The notes: a model not told the origin generated them from the sequence alone. DNA of 64,000 bases from Candidatus Poribacteria bacterium (GCA_965218285.1 OZ244616.1:1728133-1792132), one strand, 5' to 3'; counted from the first letter of the stretch, positions 38,788-49,180 are shown. Program-made: numbers and translations.

Positions 38788-39858
38788 CTAATAATCTTGA
38801 TGCCAGTTTTCAGATTGTTTGGCAAGGTGGATGTTTTCTGCACCTCCATAGTAGCGATGCTCAAACCATGGTAAAGCGATTGCTGCGGCAGCATTCGCAT
38901 TGTGGAAATTGGTAGTCGCCTCATTTTCCAGGAATTGCGTGACTGCCCCGGTGTCGGGATAGAAGTCTACAGCATCTTTCCAGATAGCACGTCCGCAAAG
39001 GAAACCACTTGCTCCCGCTGCAGCAGCGAGTTGGACGTTTTCAATGAATTCCTCAATATCTACGCCAGCACTCAAAATAACCCACGGTAATGTTGAAGCC
39101 GCATCTAATTGCTGACAGATATCTTTAACCTGATCTAAGCCATAAGCAGATTCACCAGCATAAAATGCATGTTCCTGATATTCAGTCGTGTATTTTAGAT
39201 CAGCAGGGAATTCTAATTTGAGAATATCAACTTTATAAGATGGGTCGGTAAATTCCTCAACACTACGGATGACCAAATCCGGTTTCTGTTTCGCAAACTC
39301 AACACTTTTCGTTGTGCCTTCAAGCGCATAACTTACCAGTTCAAGTAGGAACGGAAGGTCATGTTTTTCACACTCATCTCCGACATGACGAACGAATTTC
39401 TGCTGATACTGCAAGGTTGCCTCAGAAGCATCGGGGTGATAATAAGCGAGTAGTTTGATTGCATCTGCACCTGCACGTTGTGCCTTTTCTATAGTCCAGT
39501 TATCAATTGCGTTAGAGAGACGTTCATTTTCACTTACACCTTCACTGACGTAACCGGATGCTTCATAAGCCAACAGTAGGGCAACATCACGTGGAATCTC
39601 CGTAAGTGAATACGGGTGTCCATAGATAGGGTCAGTCAAAACGGCGGTAGAATTTGGCGCAAGAATTCGTGTTATCAAGGTCTTGAGCGATGCGACATCA
39701 TCGTATTTTACATGTGTCTTATCAATGCCAAGGACTTCTGCCAGTTTGGTCACCATTGAACCGCGCTGGTCAATCGCCATCATTTTAAACCTACCGCTTG
39801 CGTCGGCGAGTTTCATGAGTCCTCTCAATTTTCCTGATGAAATAGGTGTAGTATCCAT
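38788..39858 (-). CDS. Class I aldolase of the LacD/YihT (tagatose-1,6-bisphosphate aldolase) family
   Basis: Blocks MMAIDQRGSM, LLAYE, IKLLAYY, ILSAGV and FLCGRAIW are colinear with LacD. Confidence 0.7.
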   Translation of the reverse strand: MDTTPISSGKLRGLMKLADASGRFKMMAIDQRGSMVTKLAEVLGIDKTHVKYDDVASLKTLITRILAPNSTAVLTDPIYGHPYSLTEIPRDVALLLAYEASGYVSEGVSENERLSNAIDNWTIEKAQRAGADAIKLLAYYHPDASEATLQYQQKFVRHVGDECEKHDLPFLLELVSYALEGTTKSVEFAKQKPDLVIRSVEEFTDPSYKVDILKLEFPADLKYTTEYQEHAFYAGESAYGLDQVKDICQQLDAASTLPWVILSAGVDIEEFIENVQLAAAAGASGFLCGRAIWKDAVDFYPDTGAVTQFLENEATTNFHNANAAAAIALPWFEHRYYGGAENIHLAKQSENWHQDY

Positions 39859-39876
39859 TAAATTGCGTTCTCCTTA

Positions 39877-40941
39877 CTAATATTCGCGTTCAACGAAAAA
39901 GTGAATTAGGGATAAAAATATATGCTTTGCCCTATTATTTGGAAGGTGGGCAAAATTCTGGTTAAACTTTTCTGATGCTTCTTTAAGTAGTGTTTTAGAA
40001 CACTTTTGTGCGTAATCAATAGAGTTATATTTGTGCATCAACTGCAGGACATTTTGCACATCTGCTTCCGTTTTTTCTGCTCGGGGTCGTGCCATGATGT
40101 CAATTACGTTTTGAGCCTCTGATGGAGTGCAAGAATTAAAAAGGTGGATGAGAACAAGCGTTCGCTTGCCTTCACTAATATCACCCGCAATTTCTTTGCC
40201 GTATCTACCAACATCCCCGATTAAATTTAGTACATCATCCTGAATTTGGAATGCAACCCCAAGAGATTTACCAAGTTCAATAAAGACATCGGTTTCCTCG
40301 GCACTTGCGCCGCCGATGATTGCCCCCACCCGACAAGGCGTAATGCATGTGTACCAAGCGGTTTTCTGGATACACATCGTCCAGTAATCGTTTTCGTTGA
40401 GGTTCCATTGATTATTGCGTACCCAACTCAGTTCAATGTGTTGCCCTTCAACGACTTGATTGCTCAGTTGTATAAATTCGGATAGGATCTGGAAGGCGAG
40501 TTTATGTCCGAGGATATCAGTATTTCTGTGAAGCATCTCCCACATTTTACAGTGCAGTGCATCTCCGATATTGATAGCCATGGGGATGCCATGTTTTTGA
40601 TGTAGGCAGGGTTCACCGCGTCGGAGTTCAGAACCATCTTCAATATCGTCGTGAATGAGAAGCCAATTCTGTAGCAGCTCAAGTGCAGCAGCGGTGTTCA
40701 CAGCACGTTCGGCATCTTCACCGAATGCTTCACAGATGAGCAGGCAGAGGGCAGGTCTCAATCCTTTTCCAGCACGACGCGGATAATCTAACATCATTTG
40801 GTATAGTTGATGTACATCCGAGTGTTCATGTGCAGTGGGGAGAAAGTCAAAGATACATGCGTCTACTCTGGTTTTGACTTCCTTTAGGTATGCGGTGACG
40901 AGGTTTTTCGTTGGTGCTGGTTCACAGCCAGATTTTGGCAT
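39877..40941 (-). CDS. Polyprenyl diphosphate synthase
   Basis: Two DDxxD motifs: LIHDDIEDGSELRRG and QIQDDVLNL. Confidence 0.9.
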   Translation of the reverse strand: MPKSGCEPAPTKNLVTAYLKEVKTRVDACIFDFLPTAHEHSDVHQLYQMMLDYPRRAGKGLRPALCLLICEAFGEDAERAVNTAAALELLQNWLLIHDDIEDGSELRRGEPCLHQKHGIPMAINIGDALHCKMWEMLHRNTDILGHKLAFQILSEFIQLSNQVVEGQHIELSWVRNNQWNLNENDYWTMCIQKTAWYTCITPCRVGAIIGGASAEETDVFIELGKSLGVAFQIQDDVLNLIGDVGRYGKEIAGDISEGKRTLVLIHLFNSCTPSEAQNVIDIMARPRAEKTEADVQNVLQLMHKYNSIDYAQKCSKTLLKEASEKFNQNFAHLPNNRAKHIFLSLIHFFVEREY

Positions 40942-41424
40942 TGGTCTCCTTACTTCCTATTCTCCAGTCGGTTCTCCTATTGCTGCATGCATCAGTATAA
41001 AGTATACCATATTGTGCGTTGAAAATCAAATTTATTGGCGAATGTTCCTAATGAGGCATTTCAGAATAAGCCTATAATTAGTTATTCCTCTTCCGCAGCT
41101 GCATGACTTGACTCTTGCAACATTTCACAAAGCGTTTTCAAATCCTCTTTAGAAAAAGCAGATGCTGTAATCTTCTATAATAACTCCGTTGTCAAGATCG
41201 CTCGGTTTTGTTCCATTTCAAATCCTTATACACCACTATGAAAATATTGTAAGCAATGCTAACTGGATATTTAAAAGCGTATATCATATCCTTCCTAAGA
41301 GTGAACTACCAACCTTTTGCAAATTAACTTTAAATACCGATTAATCAATTCAACTTCATCTACATGCAAATGGTTTCAACATATAAGAGATCATTTATCA
41401 ATTGAAATGGGTGGAAGAATTTCT

Positions 41425-41679
41425 TTATCTGGAGAGACTGGCAGAGTGGTGTTCACGTTCTAATTTGACCTGATGAAAATCAAATTCAATAAGTCTAATT
41501 ACACCGGGTTCATTGTCATACACTACACCGATGGATGCAATTGTTTCTCCGGTTCCCGAGGGATTTTTGAATTCAATAATATCACGAATTTTCCCAGGAT
41601 TTCCATCTACAACAACCCTATCGCCAACTTTCCAATCTATTACGTTTTGGAAGGGGATATAATTAATTGTATCAGCCAT
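41425..41679 (-). CDS. Hypothetical small protein
   Basis: 84-aa ORF, beta-rich, no motif recognised. Confidence 0.3.
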   Translation of the reverse strand: MADTINYIPFQNVIDWKVGDRVVVDGNPGKIRDIIEFKNPSGTGETIASIGVVYDNEPGVIRLIEFDFHQVKLEREHHSASLSR

Positions 41680-41764
41680 AGTTTAGACTCCTTTTATAAG
41701 AATTCGGTTTGTCAAGAATAACCTTGGTCGGTGCTTTCGGTATTACAAATCTGAAGGATATCTT

Positions 41765-42188
41765 CATCAAAATCTTCGGGCTGGAGCCCCCTCGCCTTTA
41801 GGCAGGGGAGGAAAGCCCGCCTCCTATTATAGTTATAATTTGTCCCCAAAAGGGGGAGTGCTGTTTTATCTCCACCTGCACACTGGGAGTCTGGATTCAG
41901 TTGTGCTGCTTCGTTCAGTGAGACTGTCACTACTCGCTTACTTGACCTGACACGATGTCTTTACCAGAAAATAATGGCTATAAGCCCACGCTCTCGCGGT
42001 ATATGTTTCCCCATCGACATCATGGGATCAGAGCGGATACAGACTTGGGGAGCATCCGTAACATCTTGTGGTTTCCTGCCACGACAAGACCCGCGATATA
42101 TCGTCTAGTCAACCGTTTAACTTGTGGAGTGGCCGCTTGGCATGCGCTTCGCACAAGCCCCGATGCTTTAGCGCGGGGTTATTGACTA
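41765..42188 (+). repeat. A-type structured repeat, copy 2
   Basis: About 97% identical to 2205-2612 over about 400 nt, with different flanks. Confidence 0.6.
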
Positions 42189-42288
42189 TAAAGTATTAAG
42201 TTCAAAATGTCAAATTATATTTCTCAGCAGATAAAGAAACTGTATGACATAAATACACAATAAGGCAAACTAACAGATACGCAATCTT

Positions 42289-42513
42289 TTACTCAGTGCT
42301 GTGGTCAAGGTCAACGGCAACGAAGCGAAATCCGGTGGGTTTGAGTTTTTCAACAAGAGTCGTTCGTAACTCAAGAACACGCGCGAACTCAGAGTCGTGC
42401 ACCTGCATTCTTAAAACAGGCTTATGATCAAATAAAGAAGCACCTTCAATGTTGAATTCTTCAATAAGTTGTTCCGCTTGTTCCAAAGCAGAAAGTTCAG
42501 GTAAGGTTTCCAT
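42289..42513 (-). CDS. Hypothetical small protein
   Basis: Start moved to METLPEL directly after the SDR stop. No motif recognised. Confidence 0.25.
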   Translation of the reverse strand: METLPELSALEQAEQLIEEFNIEGASLFDHKPVLRMQVHDSEFARVLELRTTLVEKLKPTGFRFVAVDLDHSTE

Positions 42514-42514
42514 A

Positions 42515-43321
42515 CTACGTGCGTTTTCTCCAATCACTTCCTGACATAAACCCACCATCAACAAACACCATCTGTCCGGTAACAAAGTCTGAGGCGTTAG
42601 ACGCAAAGAAGATCGTCAAGCCTGCCAAATCTTCTGGTTCACCCCAACGATATGCAGGTGTACGGTTGAGAATCCACTCGTTTCGGCTATCTTCTCGCGC
42701 AGGAGCAGTCATCTCAGTACGAATAAATCCCGGTGCAATCCCGTTGACCTGTATATTATGTTCTGCCCACTCCACAGCAAGCAGCTTTGTGAGTTGTAAG
42801 AGACCGCCTTTCGCAGCAGTGTAGGCAACACTTGTCGGAAGTCCAATCGCTGATGCAAGCGAAAGTGTATTGATAACCTTCCCACCGCCCTGCTTTTCCA
42901 TGATTTTGCCGCAGGCTTTTGCGAGAAAAAATGCTCCCTTCAAATTGACATCTGTGACGAAATCCCAATCTTCTTCAGTAAATTCCAGCGCAGGGTTTCG
43001 CACATTCACACCCGCATTGTTCACAAGCACGTCAAGTCTACCGAAGGTTTTGACGGTTCGCTCAACGAGCGATTCAATTTCCTGAAGATTGCTGATGTCT
43101 GCCTGAATTGGCAGGATTGTCCTATCGGTTTCTTCGGCAATTTGTTTAGCAACAGGGGTGAGGGTTGCAATCTCTCTCCCAGCGATGACAAGTTCTGAAC
43201 CTGCACCTGCAAGCCCTTCAGCCATCGCCCTGCCAATTCCTCGACTTGCGCCACTCACAAGGCTCACCTTACCGTCTAATCGGAAGTATTGAACAGTGTC
43301 TGCAGCGGGTTTATGTTCCAT
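42515..43321 (-). CDS. SDR-family oxidoreductase
   Basis: VSGASRGIGRAMA, NNAGV and YTAAKGG (catalytic YxxxK). Confidence 0.9.
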   Translation of the reverse strand: MEHKPAADTVQYFRLDGKVSLVSGASRGIGRAMAEGLAGAGSELVIAGREIATLTPVAKQIAEETDRTILPIQADISNLQEIESLVERTVKTFGRLDVLVNNAGVNVRNPALEFTEEDWDFVTDVNLKGAFFLAKACGKIMEKQGGGKVINTLSLASAIGLPTSVAYTAAKGGLLQLTKLLAVEWAEHNIQVNGIAPGFIRTEMTAPAREDSRNEWILNRTPAYRWGEPEDLAGLTIFFASNASDFVTGQMVFVDGGFMSGSDWRKRT

Positions 43322-43419
43322 AGTTATATTTTTATTCCATTAAAAGCGAGCCACAAAAACAGCGCGAATTGCGATCTCACCGCATGTTAAAAGAATGCCT
43401 TTCTCTAAAGGCAGGATGT

Positions 43420-44604
43420 TTATCTGTTTAATTCACTTAGTTTGTCCGAACTCACAACCTTTATTTCGCCATTGTGTTCATAAGCAAGAGAGGTGAGTAA
43501 ATGTGCCCCGGGAGAACGTCGTAAATCAATCTCAAGCGCAACGACAAAGATTTTGGTACCTTTGGTATTTTGTTCACGGACGAAATCAAGAATCTTCTGT
43601 GTGTCAGTTTCAATATTGAGTCCCTTAATTGTGGTAGGGAGACCATCTGTCACCAAAACAATAACAGAGGAGTCAAGTTCTAAAGCAGTCTTGAGTGCAG
43701 CAAGGATATTAGTTCCTAAATTATTTTGAATGCTTTCAGGGGTGAAAGTTTCAAGGTACATCAAAGCACGGTTTATGTTTACTCCGTCTGCAGGAAGCAG
43801 TTTCTCACTCATCAGTTTTGCTGAGGTAGAGAAAGGTACAATATTGAAAGTGTTATCGCTTCCGAGTGCCAAAACCGAATCCTTGACAGCATTGAGAGCC
43901 AATTCCAGTTTGTTGAGACCGGCAGCCTTCATACTTGCAGAGACATCAAGACAGTAAACGATATTCTGTGGACCATCAAGACCATCGAGAAATTTGATAA
44001 TACCAAGCGGATCGTTAACACCAGAACGTCCACCGCCTTCAAGGAGTCCGTCTCCACCACCACCTTGAGAAAGCCCACGATATTTACCTGATCCATCGCC
44101 GCGTGCACGTACACGACCCGTAACAAGTCCTATGCCAGTTGTCTGTCCGGGTTGTGAGATAAGGCGACTCAGGTTTGATGCTTCAGCCTCCCGTAACTTC
44201 GCATCTGTCATCACATCAGGTACCAATTCGTTTAAAGGTGCGTCGTTAATTTCAACATCATGAATAACAATCTTTTCGCTTAATTTAACAACTTCGTCAC
44301 GCTTGTTTTTTGCAGCATCAAGTCGCCTTTGCTCTGCATCTTTAGAGAGTTTTCGGTTCGGGTCAAGAAGTTTTTCTGTAAGAGACGGTTTCGGTCTGAG
44401 TTTTCGTTCAAACAGCGGTTCTGCTTCCTGAAATAGGTCAAAGGCAAGTGAGTCTGTTTGGTCGTTGGCAACCGGACTCAAAGGTAAGAAGAGGTAAACA
44501 ATAGCTACAGTCATGTGAAAAATAAGTGAGAGCAAAATTATGGAGCGCATCCGAGTTTTACGCTGTTCTTTTTCAGCATACCGATCCTTCATTTCATCTA
44601 ACAT
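43420..44604 (-). CDS. von Willebrand factor A domain protein with N-terminal TM helix
   Basis: MIDAS CLDVSASM, a VWA fold and a Gly-rich linker. Confidence 0.75.
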   Translation of the reverse strand: MLDEMKDRYAEKEQRKTRMRSIILLSLIFHMTVAIVYLFLPLSPVANDQTDSLAFDLFQEAEPLFERKLRPKPSLTEKLLDPNRKLSKDAEQRRLDAAKNKRDEVVKLSEKIVIHDVEINDAPLNELVPDVMTDAKLREAEASNLSRLISQPGQTTGIGLVTGRVRARGDGSGKYRGLSQGGGGDGLLEGGGRSGVNDPLGIIKFLDGLDGPQNIVYCLDVSASMKAAGLNKLELALNAVKDSVLALGSDNTFNIVPFSTSAKLMSEKLLPADGVNINRALMYLETFTPESIQNNLGTNILAALKTALELDSSVIVLVTDGLPTTIKGLNIETDTQKILDFVREQNTKGTKIFVVALEIDLRRSPGAHLLTSLAYEHNGEIKVVSSDKLSELNR

Positions 44605-44636
44605 TTCGGTTTTCTCCTAATGATTTTAGTAAGATT

Positions 44637-45152
44637 TCAATCAGTGTTTGACGAAAGCCTCTCAAGGGCGTCAATCCACTGGCTGCCTTCAGGTGTTAAT
44701 TCATAATAAGTATGGTTACGATGTTTAATCCATTTACCTTTAACTATGTTTTTTCGATAGTGAATAATACGCCCTTCTACACGTTTCAAGCCACCGAGTT
44801 CTCTCAGTTTGCGATGCCGTTGATGCATCTCTTCAAGTGGAATCCTTAAGGTTTCCGAAACGACTATGGAATAGTCCATCCCAAATTCTTGATGGTGTTT
44901 AAGTATAAAGTAATCTGCCTCATCTAAATCCGCAACTTCAGATGGAATATGTTGTGCGGTATCAGGAATTTTAGATTTATGTATTTCATCCCACGATACA
45001 TCTAATATTCTTTCTGCTCTCAAACCGGGAACTGATCGGCACGATGAATCATGAACAGTAATGGTGCCATCTTCCTTGAAATAACCTATGATCGAGTCAT
45101 CTTCTTCAGGAGTGCAACACTTGGCAATTTTATACGTAAGTTCATCCACCAT
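44637..45152 (-). CDS. Small protein with RelA/SpoT-type CC (zinc-finger) domain + basic winged-helix-like C-terminus
   Basis: AKCCTPEEDDSIIGYFKEDGTITVHDSSC matches the RelA/SpoT CC-domain consensus AKCC-P-x-D-x-I-G...G-I-x-VH-x3-C. Start set at MVDEL, preceded by AGGTGG. Confidence 0.45.
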   Translation of the reverse strand: MVDELTYKIAKCCTPEEDDSIIGYFKEDGTITVHDSSCRSVPGLRAERILDVSWDEIHKSKIPDTAQHIPSEVADLDEADYFILKHHQEFGMDYSIVVSETLRIPLEEMHQRHRKLRELGGLKRVEGRIIHYRKNIVKGKWIKHRNHTYYELTPEGSQWIDALERLSSNTD

Positions 45153-45193
45153 GCCCTGCCACCTTACAATACTTTGCCAGAGAAGATAGGTAT

Positions 45194-46468
45194 TCAGCTT
45201 CGCGATAACGCCCGGTAACCAATATCGCTCCGCCAATGTGCATCATCAAACTGAATCGTAGAAACCCCACGATATGCCTGTTCAATAGCCGACTTTAAAT
45301 CCTCAGCCAATGCCGTAACGCCTAACACACGACCACCCGCTGTAACAACGTTTTGTCCATCCTGTTTTGTTCCCGCATGGAAAACGGTTACATCATTGAT
45401 TGATGCGGCTTCTGCCAAACCTGTGATGGTTTTTCCTGTCTGATATGGGTTTGGATATCCCCCGGACGCCATGACAACACAAGCTGCTGCCTCGGTGTGC
45501 CATTCTACATCAGTGTGTTGGTCAAGTGTTCCATCAATACATGCCATCAACAATGGCACCAAATCGCTTTTGAGACGAGGCAAGAGAACTTGTGTCTCAG
45601 GGTCTCCGAAACGACAGTTGAACTCCAGCACTTTTGGACCCGCATCTGTAATCATCAGCCCAACGTATAACACACCTTTGAATGGACACCCAATATCTGC
45701 CATCCCCTTGATAGTCGGATAAACAACGCGTTCCATTACATAGTCGTGCAGTTCAGGTGTCATAACAGGTGCGGGAGAATACGCTCCCATTCCACCGGTA
45801 TTCTTGCCGGTATCCCCATCATGCGACATCTTGTGATCTTGCGAACTGACAAAAGGTAAGCAGTGAGTACCATCAACAAGGACAGTAAACGAGGCTTCTT
45901 CGCCAATTAACTCCTCCTCAATCACAACGCTATTCCCTGCTTCTCCAAATGCTCTATCAACCAAAATTGTCTTAACGGCTTGAATTGCATCAGCGATAGT
46001 GCGACCGGGGATGACACCTTTTCCAGCGGCAAGTCCGTCAGCTTTGACAAAAACAGAAGTGTTATTCGTTTTGATATAGTCAATCGCTTCATCAGCATCA
46101 TCAAACGTACGATATGCTGCTGTCGGAATGTCATTTTTCGCCATTATCTGTTTGGCAAAATCTTTGCTACCTTCAAGTCGTGCAGCTTGTTTATCCGGTC
46201 CGAATGCTTTCAAGCCACGTTCACGAAACGCATCAACGATACCCGCTGCTAAGGGATTTTCAGGTCCGACGACCGTTAAATCGATGTTTTCGGATTCAGC
46301 CCAGTCAACGATGGTATCAAAATTATCCCCCATGGGAATAGTTTCAGCAATTTGCGCGATGCCAGCGTTACCAGGCGCACAGTAGATCTTTTCAACCAGT
46401 GGACTCTGTGCAATTTTCCAAACGAGGGTATGTTCGCGACCTCCTTGTCCAATAACCAGTATGTTCAA
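45194..46468 (-). CDS. purD: Phosphoribosylamine--glycine ligase
   Basis: ILVIGQGGREH at the N-terminus and ATP-grasp blocks. Probable TTG start with AAGGA RBS. The track ORF extends 29 codons further upstream. Confidence 0.9.
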   Translation of the reverse strand: MNILVIGQGGREHTLVWKIAQSPLVEKIYCAPGNAGIAQIAETIPMGDNFDTIVDWAESENIDLTVVGPENPLAAGIVDAFRERGLKAFGPDKQAARLEGSKDFAKQIMAKNDIPTAAYRTFDDADEAIDYIKTNNTSVFVKADGLAAGKGVIPGRTIADAIQAVKTILVDRAFGEAGNSVVIEEELIGEEASFTVLVDGTHCLPFVSSQDHKMSHDGDTGKNTGGMGAYSPAPVMTPELHDYVMERVVYPTIKGMADIGCPFKGVLYVGLMITDAGPKVLEFNCRFGDPETQVLLPRLKSDLVPLLMACIDGTLDQHTDVEWHTEAAACVVMASGGYPNPYQTGKTITGLAEAASINDVTVFHAGTKQDGQNVVTAGGRVLGVTALAEDLKSAIEQAYRGVSTIQFDDAHWRSDIGYRALSRS

Positions 46469-46675
46469 CGTAATGTCCTTTTTAGTATGTTTTGCAGTTC
46501 CAGATAGAGATTGAAAGTCAGTTTCTCTTTTCTGCTTAAGACTATAGTTTAACAAAGTTTCGTCAACAATTCAACAAAAAACTACATTAAACATACAACT
46601 TTTCCGCATTATATCCTTGAAACGGAACATGTCTCATTGTCAGTTCATAGGTAGGATAGGAACGTAGCGAAACCC

Positions 46676-46934
46676 ATAGGCGTCAATTTAGTGGTTTTTC
46701 AAATATGAGAAACCCTCTTTAGTCCCGTAGGGACGATATGTTTATAGAAAACGTGGTAACCCCAATCTCTTCAGCCCCGTAGGGGCGGAATGTTTATAGC
46801 AATGGGTTACCAATCGGGATATGTCGCTCGGACAGAGCTAAAGAGACGTGTCTGGACGGTGTACTATAAACATATCGTCCCTACGGGACTAAAGAGGGTT
46901 TCTCATATTTGAAAAACCACTAAATTGACGCCTA
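46676..46934. repeat. Long-TIR MITE-like element, family 5 (complete copy, about 70-bp TIRs)
   Basis: ataggcgtcaatttagtggtttttcaaatatgagaaaccctctttagtcccgtagggacgatatgtttatag ... exact reverse complement at the other end. Flanked by the 22-bp direct repeat ggataggaacgtagcgaaaccca. Confidence 0.75.
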
Positions 46935-47056
46935 TGGATAGGAACGTAGCGAAACCCAACCTGCGAACTCATAGCTGCTATCCTATTGTCAATTTCAAGA
47001 CCTTGTGATACAATAGTGTTCAGCAAGAGAAAAACTACTTCCTATAGGAGGGTTAC

Positions 47057-48184
47057 ATGAAGATTGACAAAATAGAGTCGTTTTTCATTAGAAACGGTTA
47101 TGTGATCAGAATTCATACTGATACTGGACTAAGCGGGGTCGGGCAGACAGCGTGTTGGGGATATCCAGAAGCAGTTGAAAAAATTGTGAATACCTTTGAG
47201 AAATATCTCATCGGTCAGAATCCGTTGCGCATTGAACATCATTGGCAATATCTCTACCGAATGGGTCCATTTAGAGGCACAGTGCTGAGTGGAGCTATCA
47301 GTGCTGTGGATATTGCATTATGGGACATCAAGGGCAAACATCTCGGTGTACCGATCTGGGAATTGCTGGGTGGAAACTGTCGGGATAAAATCCGATTGCA
47401 CCTACTCGGTGGCGGTAGTACCCCAGAAACGATGTTTGATGCCGCAAAAGCTGCTGTTGCAGAAGGCTTTACCGCGCTGAAGTTTGATCCGTTGGTAGGC
47501 AATTTTCAGGATATGGCATTAGATCGGCTTGTTAAAACAGCGCGAGACCTCGTCGCTGCAGCAAGAGAAGGCGGAGGACCTGATCTTGATCTAATCGTTG
47601 AGGTGCATCGCAAACTGACACCGATGAACAGTATCGTCCTAGAATCGGCATTAGCACCTTTCAATCTCTATTTCATTGAAGACCCTATTCAGATAGATAC
47701 GATAACAACGCAAGCGGAATTAGCAAAACGGATGACAAGTCCTGTCGGAAATGGTGAAAGGCTGACGACAATCTGGGAATTCCGTGAACTATTGGCTGCA
47801 GGCGGACCTCAGTATGTCCGTCCCGATGTCGGTTTAGCAGGTGGTTTAACACACTGCAAAAAGATTGCTGCGATTGCGGAGGCGTATCATAGCGCGGTTG
47901 TCACACATAACTTCCTTGGTCCGCTAATAACTGCTGCTTCGCTACATTTAGATGCAAGTATTCCGAACTTTATCACACAAGAATATACCAAAGGCGACGA
48001 ATCTGATGTTTTCGCTGTTTACAAAGTTGCATATCAGCGGGAGGGTGGCTACATTCCGATTCCAGAAGTACCGGGCTTAGGCATTGAACTTGACGATAGT
48101 TTAATTGCAGACACACCTTTCCAACCGATGAATACCGGCACAACACCTTTGCGCGAAGATGGGTCTGTTGCTTACGCTGTGTAG
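47057..48184 (+). CDS. Enolase-superfamily dehydratase (D-galactonate/mannonate dehydratase family)
   Basis: MKIDKIESFFI...ALWDIKGK...GERLTT blocks are colinear with DgoD-type enzymes. Confidence 0.8.
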   Translation: MKIDKIESFFIRNGYVIRIHTDTGLSGVGQTACWGYPEAVEKIVNTFEKYLIGQNPLRIEHHWQYLYRMGPFRGTVLSGAISAVDIALWDIKGKHLGVPIWELLGGNCRDKIRLHLLGGGSTPETMFDAAKAAVAEGFTALKFDPLVGNFQDMALDRLVKTARDLVAAAREGGGPDLDLIVEVHRKLTPMNSIVLESALAPFNLYFIEDPIQIDTITTQAELAKRMTSPVGNGERLTTIWEFRELLAAGGPQYVRPDVGLAGGLTHCKKIAAIAEAYHSAVVTHNFLGPLITAASLHLDASIPNFITQEYTKGDESDVFAVYKVAYQREGGYIPIPEVPGLGIELDDSLIADTPFQPMNTGTTPLREDGSVAYAV

Positions 48185-48244
48185 AAAGTTGCATGGCATG
48201 GTAGGGCGGTGTAAAGTCTTGTCAAAGTCTGCGCTCTTTTATTG

Positions 48245-48270
48245 TAGGGGCGGGTCCCCGTGCCCGCCCA
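48245..48270. repeat. Hairpin gggcgggtccccgtgcccgccc (loop tccccgtg shared with family-1 MITE core)
   Basis: Second copy at 50896-50921 (ggggcgggtccctgtgcccgccc). Confidence 0.55.
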
Positions 48271-48378
48271 TCGTTGGATATGTCAGAAATGGCAAAATCA
48301 ACACCGAATGCTTTATGGCTTTGTCATGCATTTGATGGATCATGCCCTACAGTAAATTGGTGTGCAGAGGAGATAAAA

Positions 48379-49179
48379 ATGAATGCTGATGAAAAATATC
48401 TATTTGATCTGAACGGTTATCTTGTTGTAAAAAATATGTTGTCACCAGAAGAGGTCGCATTAGCAAACGAGGCAATTGAAAAACATAGTGAAAACCTGCG
48501 TGTGCGTCCGCGTGAGCAAACACTTGATGGAGGCTCTGAAGAATTAAGAGGGGAACTCGGTAGAGGGGAACTCGGTGGGATGCTCGAATGGGAGGAACCG
48601 TGGTGTAATCCGTTTCGGCACATGTTAGCACACCCTACACTTGTCCCATATCTCAATGTGATATTAGGTAAGGGATTCCGAATGGATCACCAGATGTTTC
48701 TCATTACTATGGATAAAGGCGCGGAGGGGTTTATTTTTCACGGATCATCCGGTCCTGGGTTTGATCCCAATCAGTATTATATCTTTCGCGATGGAAGGAT
48801 GCACAACGGCTTGACTGTTGTCACATTTCAACTCACCGATGTGCCACCCGGTGCTGGTGGACTGATTGTTATACCGGGAAGCCATAAGAGCAACTACCCC
48901 TGTCCACAAGAGATGCGGCTTTATCAGAAACATCAGGAACACATCCGTCAACTTGTCTGTGAGGCTGGCGATGTAATAATCTTTACGGAGGCAGTAACGC
49001 ATGGCACACTCCCGTGGACAGCAGACCATCCACGACGTTCAATTTTAACACGTTACACTGCAGGTAATATGGCTTATGTACCTGCGTATCAAGTACCAGA
49101 ATGGGCAAATGAACGTCAACGGGCTGTTATGGAACCCCCATACCATTCTCGATTGAATCGTCCAACTTTGGATGAATGA
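48379..49179 (+). CDS. Phytanoyl-CoA dioxygenase (PhyH) family 2OG-Fe(II) oxygenase
   Basis: FDLNGYLVVKNMLSPEEV N-terminus and HxD...H region. Start at the ATG preceded by GGAG. Confidence 0.75.
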   Translation: MNADEKYLFDLNGYLVVKNMLSPEEVALANEAIEKHSENLRVRPREQTLDGGSEELRGELGRGELGGMLEWEEPWCNPFRHMLAHPTLVPYLNVILGKGFRMDHQMFLITMDKGAEGFIFHGSSGPGFDPNQYYIFRDGRMHNGLTVVTFQLTDVPPGAGGLIVIPGSHKSNYPCPQEMRLYQKHQEHIRQLVCEAGDVIIFTEAVTHGTLPWTADHPRRSILTRYTAGNMAYVPAYQVPEWANERQRAVMEPPYHSRLNRPTLDE

Positions 49180-49180
49180 T

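Noticed and set aside
45153-45236. Upstream extension of the CC-domain ORF overlapping purD
   Set aside because: An internal ATG with AGGTGG RBS gives a start 41 nt after the purD stop, so the longer version is unnecessary.
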